From Candidatus Methylomirabilales bacterium (GTDB taxonomy: Bacteria > Methylomirabilota > Methylomirabilia > Methylomirabilales > CSP1-5): 64,000 nt of DNA. The number at the start of each line of letters is the position of its first letter. Position 1 is the first letter of the stretch. A model generated the notes under the pieces. It was not told where the DNA came from. It did no database searches and saw only the letters and a program-made list of their open reading frames with translations. Position numbers and translations under genes: made by a program. Of this stretch, positions 46,687 to 54,823 are shown in pieces. Location of the stretch: positions 46,081-110,080 of the forward strand of contig JBOHQS010000001.1 in NCBI GenBank assembly GCA_050732295.1, given 5' to 3'.

Positions 46687-47399
46687 TACCTAAGCTCCTG
46701 CAGTCGCATCAAATGCTCCACTAGAAAAAAATCGAATTCACTATCTATGTCGATGGCGCGTTCGCGAGGGATCACCTGGATCTGCACTCTTGCCTCCGAC
46801 CAGTGCTCATGCTTCCACAGGGCATCACGAAGAATGGCATACACAGCAGGCGACAGATTGTACACCGGAGGCGCGTCCTGCCGACGGGTAATTGGCTTGG
46901 CTGACTCTTTAACGATCTTTGCAAAGCCGTCAGCATTTAACTCAATCATGTTGAAGTAGGGGTTTCGCTCGGCCTTGTATGCAGTTACAACTACCTCAGC
47001 CTGGCCTGAGAGAAGTTGGTCCACACAACGCACGATGTCGGACGGCTGCCGGAGTGGCACGCCCGCGTCCAGATCAACGAGGACGTCGACCGCCCGCCCG
47101 GTCATCTGTTCCATCGTCTGCACAAGGTGCTGAAAGACCTGCCATTTCGGCGAGTCATCTTGGGCTAAATGAGCGGGCCGAATGAAGGGGACTTCGGCCC
47201 CATGTTTTTTTGCTACCTCAGCAATCTCCTCATCATCAGTAGATACGACAATTCGATGCAAAACTGGGCAAGCTTGTGCGCATCGGATCGTATGCACAAT
47301 CAGGGGTATGCCTCCAAGAGGGATCAAGTTCTTTCGCCGTACCCCTTTCGAGCCTCCACGGGCACAAATGGCGCCAACAATCACCGCGCCTTCCTTCAT
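46686..47399 (-). CDS. neuA: acylneuraminate cytidylyltransferase (CMP-nonulosonic acid synthetase)
   Basis: Motifs are AICARGGSKGVRRKNLIPLGGIPLIVHTI and RRQDAPPVYNLSPAVY. The preferred start is the ATG at 47399 (MKEGAVIV), which forms an ATGA overlap with the upstream stop. The ORF-track start at 47513 would overlap the upstream gene by 118 nt. Confidence 0.85.
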   Translation of the reverse strand: MKEGAVIVGAICARGGSKGVRRKNLIPLGGIPLIVHTIRCAQACPVLHRIVVSTDDEEIAEVAKKHGAEVPFIRPAHLAQDDSPKWQVFQHLVQTMEQMTGRAVDVLVDLDAGVPLRQPSDIVRCVDQLLSGQAEVVVTAYKAERNPYFNMIELNADGFAKIVKESAKPITRRQDAPPVYNLSPAVYAILRDALWKHEHWSEARVQIQVIPRERAIDIDSEFDFFLVEHLMRLQELR

Positions 47400-48385
47400 G
47401 ACATTACCGATACCTTTCCCGTCAACGCAGATTCTTTGGCTGCCAGTGCTAGCTTCAGAACCTGGCTTCCTGCGAACGCGTCCACTTTCGGCAGTTCTTG
47501 CCCTCGCACGCACGCAATTACATGTTTCATTTCTGCTATAAAGCGATCGTTCCTTTCATAGCCAGGGTACTCGAACTCTTCCCAACGACGCTTTCCTGCC
47601 GTGGTTGCGTCGTACCACGAAACCTTCTTGCCGTAATAGTCCCAGAAAATCGTCCCTCCTTCGCCGATGACGCGACAGGTACGACTGGGGATATGCTGAA
47701 TATAATCCAGGTGTACTGTACCGATGGCTCCATTTTCAAACCTTAACAATATTGCGGCCGTGTCTTCTGTCTCAATTTCCAATCCACTGACTTTATCGGC
47801 AAAACAAGCAACGGCATGGACCGGTCCAATCAGCCAACTCACGTAGTCCAACTCATGGATCAAGTCGAAAATTACCCCTCCCCCTGTTTTAATATGCGCA
47901 CTTATCCCTTTCCGGTAATCCTCCGATGGTTTCCAATCGGGTAAGTATTGTCCTACTTGGGCTTGGATCGCTACCACACGTCCAATAGAACCCACGTCAA
48001 GGATCGATTTTACCTTGCATAGTCCGGGGTCGAACCGTAAGTCAAAACCCACTAGAGTCAATAGATTGTTCTTCCGGACCATCGACAGCATCTCTTCCAC
48101 TCCATCCCAAGAATGGGACAGCGGCTTTTCGATAAAGAGGTTGCATCCAGCCTGCGCAGCAGGTAGGGCTACTTCCAGATGCTGAGCCGTTGGGTTACTC
48201 ACGATGACGATGTCCGGCTTCACCCCTAGCGCATCTCTAAGGTCTGTAAAGACGGCCAAGTCTGGTGCCTCCTTGAGCCGATCAGGACGAGTCCGGTAGA
48301 GCACGATATCGCTCATCCCTAATTGCCGTAGGTTGAGCAAATGCCGACGCCCAATTGAGCCTACGCCTGCTATTAGAATACGCAA
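47396..48385 (-). CDS. Gfo/Idh/MocA family oxidoreductase
   Basis: 329 aa, with MRILIAGVGSIGRRHLLNL and LFIEKPLS. Confidence 0.85.
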   Translation of the reverse strand: MRILIAGVGSIGRRHLLNLRQLGMSDIVLYRTRPDRLKEAPDLAVFTDLRDALGVKPDIVIVSNPTAQHLEVALPAAQAGCNLFIEKPLSHSWDGVEEMLSMVRKNNLLTLVGFDLRFDPGLCKVKSILDVGSIGRVVAIQAQVGQYLPDWKPSEDYRKGISAHIKTGGGVIFDLIHELDYVSWLIGPVHAVACFADKVSGLEIETEDTAAILLRFENGAIGTVHLDYIQHIPSRTCRVIGEGGTIFWDYYGKKVSWYDATTAGKRRWEEFEYPGYERNDRFIAEMKHVIACVRGQELPKVDAFAGSQVLKLALAAKESALTGKVSVMS

Positions 48386-48435
48386 ATGTGCATCCGTATA
48401 TGGGTGAAGAAGGCTATCTGCTCAGTCGTTGACTA

Positions 48436-48672
48436 CTAAGCAGGTAGTCTAGAGGGTTCACCTAGCGGAATTGTCGGCCCCAGCGATGTGAGTCTAAATT
48501 TGACCACGTCAGCTCCAGCGTCCCCAATGACGTCGATGAATGCATGGGCCATGCCCAGGCTGCCATTATGCGCCTGGGTGACTTCGGCCATAATAAGGCA
48601 CGGTCTACTAGAGCTCAACTGACGCCCGCCGATGCACAGCACGGCTGTATTCATTTCCTGGATTCTCCCCAC
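48436..48672 (-). pseudogene. N-terminal remnant (~58 aa) of a second NeuB/PseI/LegI-type nonulosonate synthase
   Basis: LCIGGRQLSSSRPCLIMAEVTQAHNGSLGMAHAFIDVIGDAGADVVKF parallels IGPNHPPLVIAEIGINHEGNIEKAMRMVDDAYAAGCECVKFQ of the intact NeuB. Similarity then ends and a stop follows. Only ~50 nt separate it from the next gene, so ~290 codons are missing. Confidence 0.6.
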
Positions 48673-49676
48673 TTACCTTCGGCAATTGTCATCCACTTAA
48701 ATGTCTTGCCATAAACGCGCCGAAGGAGGTTACGGACCTTTGTCCGCCTGAGTAGCCAGGCAACAGCAGGAGATAGAATGGTAGGTTTTCGAACCTCTGG
48801 CAAGACGCTATTAAGTCCATACTGCGCAACAAGCAGTCTAACGCGCATCGACACAGTATTACCCATGTGTTGTACATACGGCCGTACAGTTGAAAGTCTC
48901 ATAAATTCGGCACTGTCCAATTTCTTGTCGAACTCCGCTACATTGGCAATGGTCTTCCCACCTGGATCGATAGGAAGTATTGAGGAAACTGCAGACTTTG
49001 TCGTGACGAATTGGCAGTGTGTGGATGTGCCGAAAGCCGAGACACCATCACGATTTAGCTTCACAATATCCCTGTCTTTGCACATACTGATGAATCCTTC
49101 GACATCCCATCCAATGCTCTCGCAGTAATCCTCGACCCAATCGCGTGGCCAGCCCTTTGACCGCTCCACAGTAATTGAGGGATCAACACCGGCAACTTCT
49201 AAGGTGCTTCTCGTATACTTGGAAAAATTCTGCCACGTTGGCAGACCGCTTACCATTCCGACGCGTGGAAACGTATCGAGGATATGCAGCTCCTCTCGAA
49301 GCCAACCGGGATAGAAGAGAATATCATCATCTGAATAAGCGATATACCGCCCAGGAGCTGCTGAGAAAATGACATTGTAAGCCCCCAAAACGCCCAGATT
49401 TGTCTTTGATAGAATCAGATACTGAACGACACCGCTCTCGCGCAGATCGAGCAGATACTGAATGACCTCGGAACAGCTACCATTGTCGAAAACAAGAAGG
49501 TCATACGGAACATCTGTGTGCTTCAGTATGCTTGCGATGCTTATCTTGAGGATATCGAACTTGTGCTCAAAATAGCCTGTTAAGTGAGGGATGTACACTA
49601 GGACCGCCAGCGTAACATCTTTGGGGGTGTAAGGAGGTACTGCTTCTAACGTGTGAGGATTGCTTCCGAACCTCAT
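48651..49676 (-). CDS. family 2-like glycosyltransferase
   Basis: 341 aa, with VLVYIPHL...LVFDNGSCSE and AYSDDDILF (DxD). Confidence 0.7.
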   Translation of the reverse strand: MRFGSNPHTLEAVPPYTPKDVTLAVLVYIPHLTGYFEHKFDILKISIASILKHTDVPYDLLVFDNGSCSEVIQYLLDLRESGVVQYLILSKTNLGVLGAYNVIFSAAPGRYIAYSDDDILFYPGWLREELHILDTFPRVGMVSGLPTWQNFSKYTRSTLEVAGVDPSITVERSKGWPRDWVEDYCESIGWDVEGFISMCKDRDIVKLNRDGVSAFGTSTHCQFVTTKSAVSSILPIDPGGKTIANVAEFDKKLDSAEFMRLSTVRPYVQHMGNTVSMRVRLLVAQYGLNSVLPEVRKPTILSPAVAWLLRRTKVRNLLRRVYGKTFKWMTIAEGKWGESRK

Positions 49677-50665
49677 TAGTCCCTCCAGTTTCCTATCTGG
49701 CGATTTCGAGTCTTTTCATACTCGGCTACATCCCTGATGATATCTGCCAGGCTTAAGGCTGGCCGATACCCAATGAGTCCCTCAAGTTTGCTGATGTCCG
49801 GGACGCGTCTGTGCATATCCTCGAACCCTTCCTCATAAGCGTCCGCATAAGGAATATAAACAATGGGGGATGGGCTGTTAAGAAGCTCCTTCACAAGGCG
49901 GGCTAGGTCTTCGATTGGGATTTCTTGCTTCCCTCCGATATTGAAAATTTGTCCTATAGCGCCAGGTTGTTCCACCAGGTTCAAGATCGCGCCAACCGCA
50001 TCCTTGACGTGGGTAAATGTCCGCGTCTGTTTCCCATCTCCGAATACGGTAATAGGCTCGCCGTTCAATGCCTGTTGCACGAAGCGCGGGATAACCATGC
50101 CGTACCGACCGGTCTGTCTTGGGCCTACCGTATTGAAAAGGCGGATTACAATTACCGGGAGGTGCTTCTCTTTGTAATAGGCAAGGCCGAGGAACTCGTC
50201 GACGATCTTGGATGCTGCGTAGCTCCACCTTGCTCTGGACGTCGGCCCTAGGATGAGATCGTCGGTCTCGGAGAAACGTGCGCAATTTGACTTTCCATAG
50301 ACCTCGGAGGTTGAGAATATTACTACCGGTTTCTTCTTTTTCGCGGCGAGTTCAACAACAATCTCGGTCCCCTTAATGTTGGTCTCTATCGTACGCACTG
50401 GGCTTTCAACAATAAGTCGGACCCCAACCGCCGCGGCAAGGTGAAGAACAACATCGGCTTCATCCACCAATTCTGCAGTAAGTGGCCGGTTAAAGATCGT
50501 GTCGATGACATATCCAAGGCCGCTTCGTCCTTTCAAATGTCGGATGTTCTCTATTCGCCCGGTCGATAAGTCATCAATAATACGAACTTCATCGCCCCTG
50601 TCTAAAAGGCTATCCGCAAGGTGCGATCCGATAAATCCTGCACCACCTGTCAAGAGATATTTCAT
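49676..50665 (-). CDS. NAD-dependent epimerase/dehydratase (extended SDR)
   Basis: 329 aa, with MKYLLTGGAGFIGSHLADSLL, STSEVYG and YAASKIVDE. Confidence 0.85.
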   Translation of the reverse strand: MKYLLTGGAGFIGSHLADSLLDRGDEVRIIDDLSTGRIENIRHLKGRSGLGYVIDTIFNRPLTAELVDEADVVLHLAAAVGVRLIVESPVRTIETNIKGTEIVVELAAKKKKPVVIFSTSEVYGKSNCARFSETDDLILGPTSRARWSYAASKIVDEFLGLAYYKEKHLPVIVIRLFNTVGPRQTGRYGMVIPRFVQQALNGEPITVFGDGKQTRTFTHVKDAVGAILNLVEQPGAIGQIFNIGGKQEIPIEDLARLVKELLNSPSPIVYIPYADAYEEGFEDMHRRVPDISKLEGLIGYRPALSLADIIRDVAEYEKTRNRQIGNWRD

Positions 50666-50773
50666 TTGCGTGGCCTCCGCCTACAGGACCATCACTGCCA
50701 TATTCCTGCTTCTGTCGAACTCGCGCAGCGAGCCTTACCTCCACGATCGAGTTCACACTGGTACACGATGCGT

Positions 50774-51769
50774 TCACCCCGCTGGAAACCAGAGATTGCG
50801 CCAGCGTTGCTTATGAACATCAAGTGGCAAACAGAACAAATTGACTGAGCGAGTGTCGTGTAAGATATCTACCGGCAGATCAGTTGGCGTGCGAATACTT
50901 ACCACATTATCCTCAGTATGCACAGCCGCAAACAAACTATAGTCCTGCTCGGTCAAGAAGCTAAACATATCATCAAAAGAAACACCATGGTCCAGATTGA
51001 ACATGGAAGCTTCGACGATAAGTGCTGGACGGTAGCGAGCAAGGCTGTTTGCGGCGCCATTTAGGATGGCGAGTTCAGGGCCATCCACATCTATCTTTAT
51101 CAAGTTGCACCGATTCATCGCTTTGGCGTGGATATATTCATCAATCGTTATGGCTGGGCGAGTATAACTTTCTTTTTCCCTGCAACCAAAGATCTTAGAA
51201 AGAGCAGATTGATTTTGGGATCGAGAAAACGTGTCATTGTGGCTCAGCATAAATGAGCCCCACGAATCTTTAGGTCTCACAAACTCGAAGACTCCTGACC
51301 GATCACTTAGTCCAATATTCTCAGCTTTGACGTTGCGTAAGTGATTGCGTCGGATAGTGCGAATCAATTCATCGAAGTTTATTGCGTCTACTTCAAAGGC
51401 ATAGACCTTGCCAGATGTCCCCACCAATTTGCTAGCAACGGCGGTAAGCATGCCTATATGGGCGCCAACGTCTATAACCACATCGCCGGGCTGAAGGTAG
51501 TCAACCAGGAAGCGCTCAGTTCCCAGCTCGTGATAGCCTCGGCCAGCGACTTTAGCCCATTCCGGGTGCCGCAGGTCTGCTCGGACAGTAACACCACAGC
51601 GTAAGAAAACCGGGACATTCCTCAGCAAAAGGGATTTGACCCAGTGTGCAGCTGTAACTACGCCTGGCAAGATTGCGAGTTTACTATATATAAGAGAGAT
51701 ATATGGGAGGTCGTAGAATTGTCTTCTCATAACCCTAGGAATTTTTGCTTGATTACCTAGACTAGCCAA
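50774..51769 (-). CDS. FkbM-family methyltransferase
   Basis: Motifs are VVIDVGAHIGMLT, FEVDAINF and LIKIDVDGPELAILNGA. The start is uncertain: TTG at 51769 or ATG at 51730. Confidence 0.75.
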   Translation of the reverse strand: MASLGNQAKIPRVMRRQFYDLPYISLIYSKLAILPGVVTAAHWVKSLLLRNVPVFLRCGVTVRADLRHPEWAKVAGRGYHELGTERFLVDYLQPGDVVIDVGAHIGMLTAVASKLVGTSGKVYAFEVDAINFDELIRTIRRNHLRNVKAENIGLSDRSGVFEFVRPKDSWGSFMLSHNDTFSRSQNQSALSKIFGCREKESYTRPAITIDEYIHAKAMNRCNLIKIDVDGPELAILNGAANSLARYRPALIVEASMFNLDHGVSFDDMFSFLTEQDYSLFAAVHTEDNVVSIRTPTDLPVDILHDTRSVNLFCLPLDVHKQRWRNLWFPAG

Positions 51770-51798
51770 TCTCTTTGCTGTCTGCTTATCGCAGACTC

Positions 51799-53157
51799 TC
51801 AGCTATCTTCATCCTCATCAGCTCTGTTGAATCCGGACGCAGAGAAATCCTCAGCAGGATTCTTGTGGGGAATTAGTTCCCACGCGTGCGGAGCGATCAC
51901 GCTACCCCACTTGGACTTGGGCAAATCTGTAAAGCCGCTATCACCGCCGTCAATGACGGTAATCCTTGCCGCGCGGCTTACATAGTCAGCTTGTCCTTGA
52001 GCATCCTTAATAGAGACATCGGCCCAATACACGCCGGGAATCAAGGGTAAATTCTTAATTCTGCAAATGACTTGCCCTCTTGGGGCGGAGTGCCGGAAAT
52101 TGGAATTTGTCATGCCTGTGCTGAAGGAGATCAAATTAACACCCTGAGTGTCTGTCACTGTGATTCCGACATACAAATGTAACAGCGGTTGTTCTTCTCT
52201 GGCGCTATAGCCGACGATGAATTCAGTATCACCGCCAGTACGCGGAGGGCTGAAGCGATCTGCGCAAGCCCTGGCCTCAAATGTCACCACACGCACATTC
52301 CCACTTCCAAACCTATCTTGTCGTTCAGTCAAGTCTGCATAGGGCGCTCCGTTATCAGAATAAGTGGTGATCAGGTATTCCTGAATAGCATCATCCGTTG
52401 TTCCTGACAATTGAATGTGGCCTTCCCGAAGAAGGAGGGCACGCGAGCAAAGATTACGCACTGCCCCCATATTATGACTCACAAACAACACGGTCCGTCC
52501 TTGTTTGGCCACATCCCCCATCTTGCCCAGACACTTCTTCTGAAACTGCGCATCCCCGACCGCCAGCACCTCATCTACGATCAAGATCTCCGGCTCCAGG
52601 TGCGCAGCCACGGCGAAGGCGAGACGCACATACATGCCGCTGGAGTAGTGTTTCACCGGCGTGTCAATAAACTTCTCTACCCCGGAGAAATCCACGATTT
52701 CATCGAATTTCCGATCGATCTCGGCGTTCCTCATCCCCAGGATGGCGCCATTCAGGTACACGTTCTCGCGGCCGGTCAGCTCTCGATCGAAACCCGTACC
52801 TACCTCCAGCAAGCTCCCCACCCTGCCGTATATCTCGGCCCGTCCAGCGGTTGGCTCGGTGATGCGTGAGAGGATCTTGAGCAGCGTACTCTTGCCGGCC
52901 CCGTTAGGTCCGATGATACCCAGCGTTTCGCCCTGTTTGACGGTGAAGGAGACGTCCTTGAGGGCCCAAATATACTCGGAAGACGGGAGACCGGAGACGG
53001 GGGACCGGGACGAGCTAGGACCGGAGACCGGAGACCGGGAGTGGCAGAAGAGGCCAGTGAGGCCAGAAGTGAGCAGGTCCTTGAGGCGGTCGTGGCGCCT
53101 GATCCCGATCTTGTATTGTTTCGAAAGATTTTCGACGCGAATGGCAATCTGGCTCAC
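51799..53157 (-). CDS. wzt: polysaccharide ABC exporter ATP-binding protein with a C-terminal glycan-binding (Wzt_C-like) domain
   Basis: 452 aa with a GTG start preceded by GGAG. Walker A is GPNGAGKST, the signature is [12 protein letters not shown] and Walker B is [12 protein letters not shown]. An extra ~190-aa beta-rich C-domain follows. The N-terminal low-complexity insert [21 protein letters not shown] is encoded by repeats. Confidence 0.9.
   Translation of the reverse strand: MSQIAIRVENLSKQYKIGIRRHDRLKDLLTSGLTGLFCHSRSPVSGPSSSRSPVSGLPSSEYIWALKDVSFTVKQGETLGIIGPNGAGKSTLLKILSRITEPTAGRAEIYGRVGSLLEVGTGFDRELTGRENVYLNGAILGMRNAEIDRKFDEIVDFSGVEKFIDTPVKHYSSGMYVRLAFAVAAHLEPEILIVDEVLAVGDAQFQKKCLGKMGDVAKQGRTVLFVSHNMGAVRNLCSRALLLREGHIQLSGTTDDAIQEYLITTYSDNGAPYADLTERQDRFGSGNVRVVTFEARACADRFSPPRTGGDTEFIVGYSAREEQPLLHLYVGITVTDTQGVNLISFSTGMTNSNFRHSAPRGQVICRIKNLPLIPGVYWADVSIKDAQGQADYVSRAARITVIDGGDSGFTDLPKSKWGSVIAPHAWELIPHKNPAEDFSASGFNRADEDEDS
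52977..53041. repeat. CGGAGAC/GGAGACC heptamer tandem arrays inside the wzt 5' coding region
   Basis: The sequence is gggagac cggagac gggggac cgggacg agcta ggaccggagaccggagaccgggag. It translates (minus strand) to [21 protein letters not shown]. Confidence 0.75.
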
Positions 53158-53167
53158 GGGAGCTCCG

Positions 53168-53654
53168 ATTTCGAATTGCGAATTTCGAATTTCGAATTTA
53201 GGTGCGAATTGTTAATTTCCACTTTTGGATTTCGGGTTAAATAGTGCAAGATTCAGCTCCGGCGAAACTTGGATGTTTTCCCGATGCTTGTAAATATCGC
53301 AAGCAACTCGGGCGACTCCTCGAGCAGCCGCCGCCGGTCTTCAGGCCTGCCAATGTTGGACTCGCTGAGGAGCTCTAACCAATACTGTGTTTCTGCTGCC
53401 TCCTTTTCGACGATGGCGATCTTGTGGATAAAGTCACTCTTGGACTGGGCCCTATTGGCCTCACGATAATTAGCCCCAACCGACGTTCCCGACTTCAACA
53501 ATTGTGTTCCCAATGTGTGAGTCACTTTATCCGGGGATAGCCCAGCCACAAATGCGACCACCTTCAATGCAAATGCTTTTGTCCGTCTCTCTAGCTCAGC
53601 CTTATCCACGGCCGCTTCTTGACAATTCCAAATTCGAAATTCGCAATTCGAAAT
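53168..53654 (-). mobile_element. inverted-repeat-bounded four-helix-bundle gene cassette inserted exactly between wzm and wzt
   Basis: The 25-nt atttcgaattgcgaatttcgaattt (53168-53192) is the perfect reverse complement of aaattcgaaattcgcaattcgaaat (53630-53654). Pairing extends to ~31 bp with one mismatch (53168-53198 with 53624-53654). The right arm ends at the wzm stop codon and the left arm ends ~6 nt before the wzt RBS. The mobile nature is inferred; no transposase is present. Confidence 0.6.
53253..53609 (-). CDS. four-helix-bundle protein (23S rRNA intervening-sequence protein / Avd-like family)
   Basis: 118 aa, with ERRTKAFALKVVAFV, QLLKSGTSVGANYREANRAQSKSDFIHKIAIVEKEAAETQYWLELL. These are hallmark motifs of the family as I recall it. 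Confidence 0.85.
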   Translation of the reverse strand: MDKAELERRTKAFALKVVAFVAGLSPDKVTHTLGTQLLKSGTSVGANYREANRAQSKSDFIHKIAIVEKEAAETQYWLELLSESNIGRPEDRRRLLEESPELLAIFTSIGKTSKFRRS

Positions 53655-54488
53655 TCAAATGATGTCGGCAAAGGTACGTTCCATCTGCTTGAAGTAAACG
53701 ATCCCCGCGAACAGTAATGCCAGTACGACGACGGCGCCAACCGCCATCACCCCGAAATCCGGGCTCTGGGTTCCTAGCATCGCCCAGCGAAAGCCCTCGA
53801 TGACGCCGACCATGGGGTTCAGGCTGTACAACAGTCGCCATTTTTCCGGGACCAGGCTGACCGGGTAGATAACCGGCGAGGCGTACATCCAGAATTGGGT
53901 CACGAAGGGGATGATATAGCCCACATCCCGGTACTTGACGTTCAGGGCCGAGAGAAACAGACCCACCGCCAAGGCCGTCATGAAGGCCACGAGCAGGAAG
54001 AGGGGCAGAGCCAATACGGCCCAGGTGGGAGTGATACCGTACCAGACCGTCAAGCCCACCAGGATCACGAAGGACAACCCGAAATCGACGAGAGGGGTCA
54101 CGATGGAAGCCAAAGGAATGATCAGCCGCGGAAAGTAGACCTTGCTGATCAAGTTCGCGCTACCCACCAGGCCTCCCCCTCCACGGCTGAGGGCCTGGCT
54201 GAAATAGGTCCACGGCAGCAGGGCCGTGTAGGCAAAGATGGGATACGGCACCCCGTCCGAGGGGATCTTGGCTAGATAGCTGAAGATGACGGTGAAGATC
54301 ATCATGGTGAGCAACGGTTGGAGGATGACCCAGCCGGCACCGATCACCGTCTGCTTGTAGCGAACCTTCACGTCCCGCCACACCAAGAAATAAAGCAGCT
54401 CGCGGTATTGCCATACGGCCCCGAGATCCATGTGGAAGAGGCGCCTTCGGGGCTCGATCACAACAGTGGGAATGCTTATGTCTCGCAC
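53655..54488 (-). CDS. wzm: polysaccharide ABC exporter permease (ABC-2 type)
   Basis: 277 aa with six hydrophobic segments. Motifs are RELLYFLVWRDVKVRYKQTVIGAGW and NPMVGVIEGFRW. It has a GTG start preceded by AGGAG. Confidence 0.9.
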   Translation of the reverse strand: MRDISIPTVVIEPRRRLFHMDLGAVWQYRELLYFLVWRDVKVRYKQTVIGAGWVILQPLLTMMIFTVIFSYLAKIPSDGVPYPIFAYTALLPWTYFSQALSRGGGGLVGSANLISKVYFPRLIIPLASIVTPLVDFGLSFVILVGLTVWYGITPTWAVLALPLFLLVAFMTALAVGLFLSALNVKYRDVGYIIPFVTQFWMYASPVIYPVSLVPEKWRLLYSLNPMVGVIEGFRWAMLGTQSPDFGVMAVGAVVVLALLFAGIVYFKQMERTFADII

Positions 54489-54500
54489 TACTGTAAACTC

Positions 54501-54534
54501 CTCAGGATTTCGAATTTGGGATTGCGGGTTTCGG
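54501..54534. repeat. solo CGAATTT/CGGGTTT-family repeat arm abutting the wzm RBS
   Basis: The sequence is ctcaggatttcgaatttgggattgcgggtttcgg. The first 23 nt (ctcaggatttcgaatttgggatt) are identical to 13855-13877. Confidence 0.75.
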
Positions 54535-54823
54535 CTTTAAGAGTGAGGCGTTTGCTACCCATCAGGCTGCCGGGTCCCAGGCAGTTTCTTCCCTGGCCCT
54601 GTGCCAAACGAGACTCACCAGGTTTCCGTCCACGTGCATTGTGCTAAGTACAGCCGGCAGAGCAAGGTCGGAAGAAGTGATATGACTTTCGATCGCTGGA
54701 GGGTTTCACTGCCAGCGACTTAAGGGAGATCAACTGTCTTAGGTGCCAGAACCATCCGTAACGTCCATCTTCTTCTGCGCACAGCTATCACACGCCTGTG
54801 CGGTAGCTCGGGCTATGCCGTCT

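Noticed and set aside
54778-54802. A hairpin (cgcacag-11 nt-ctgtgcg) just downstream of the transaldolase stop, considered as an intrinsic terminator.
   Set aside because: The stem is only 7 bp with an 11-nt loop, and no U-tract follows in the minus-strand sense. That is insufficient to call a terminator.
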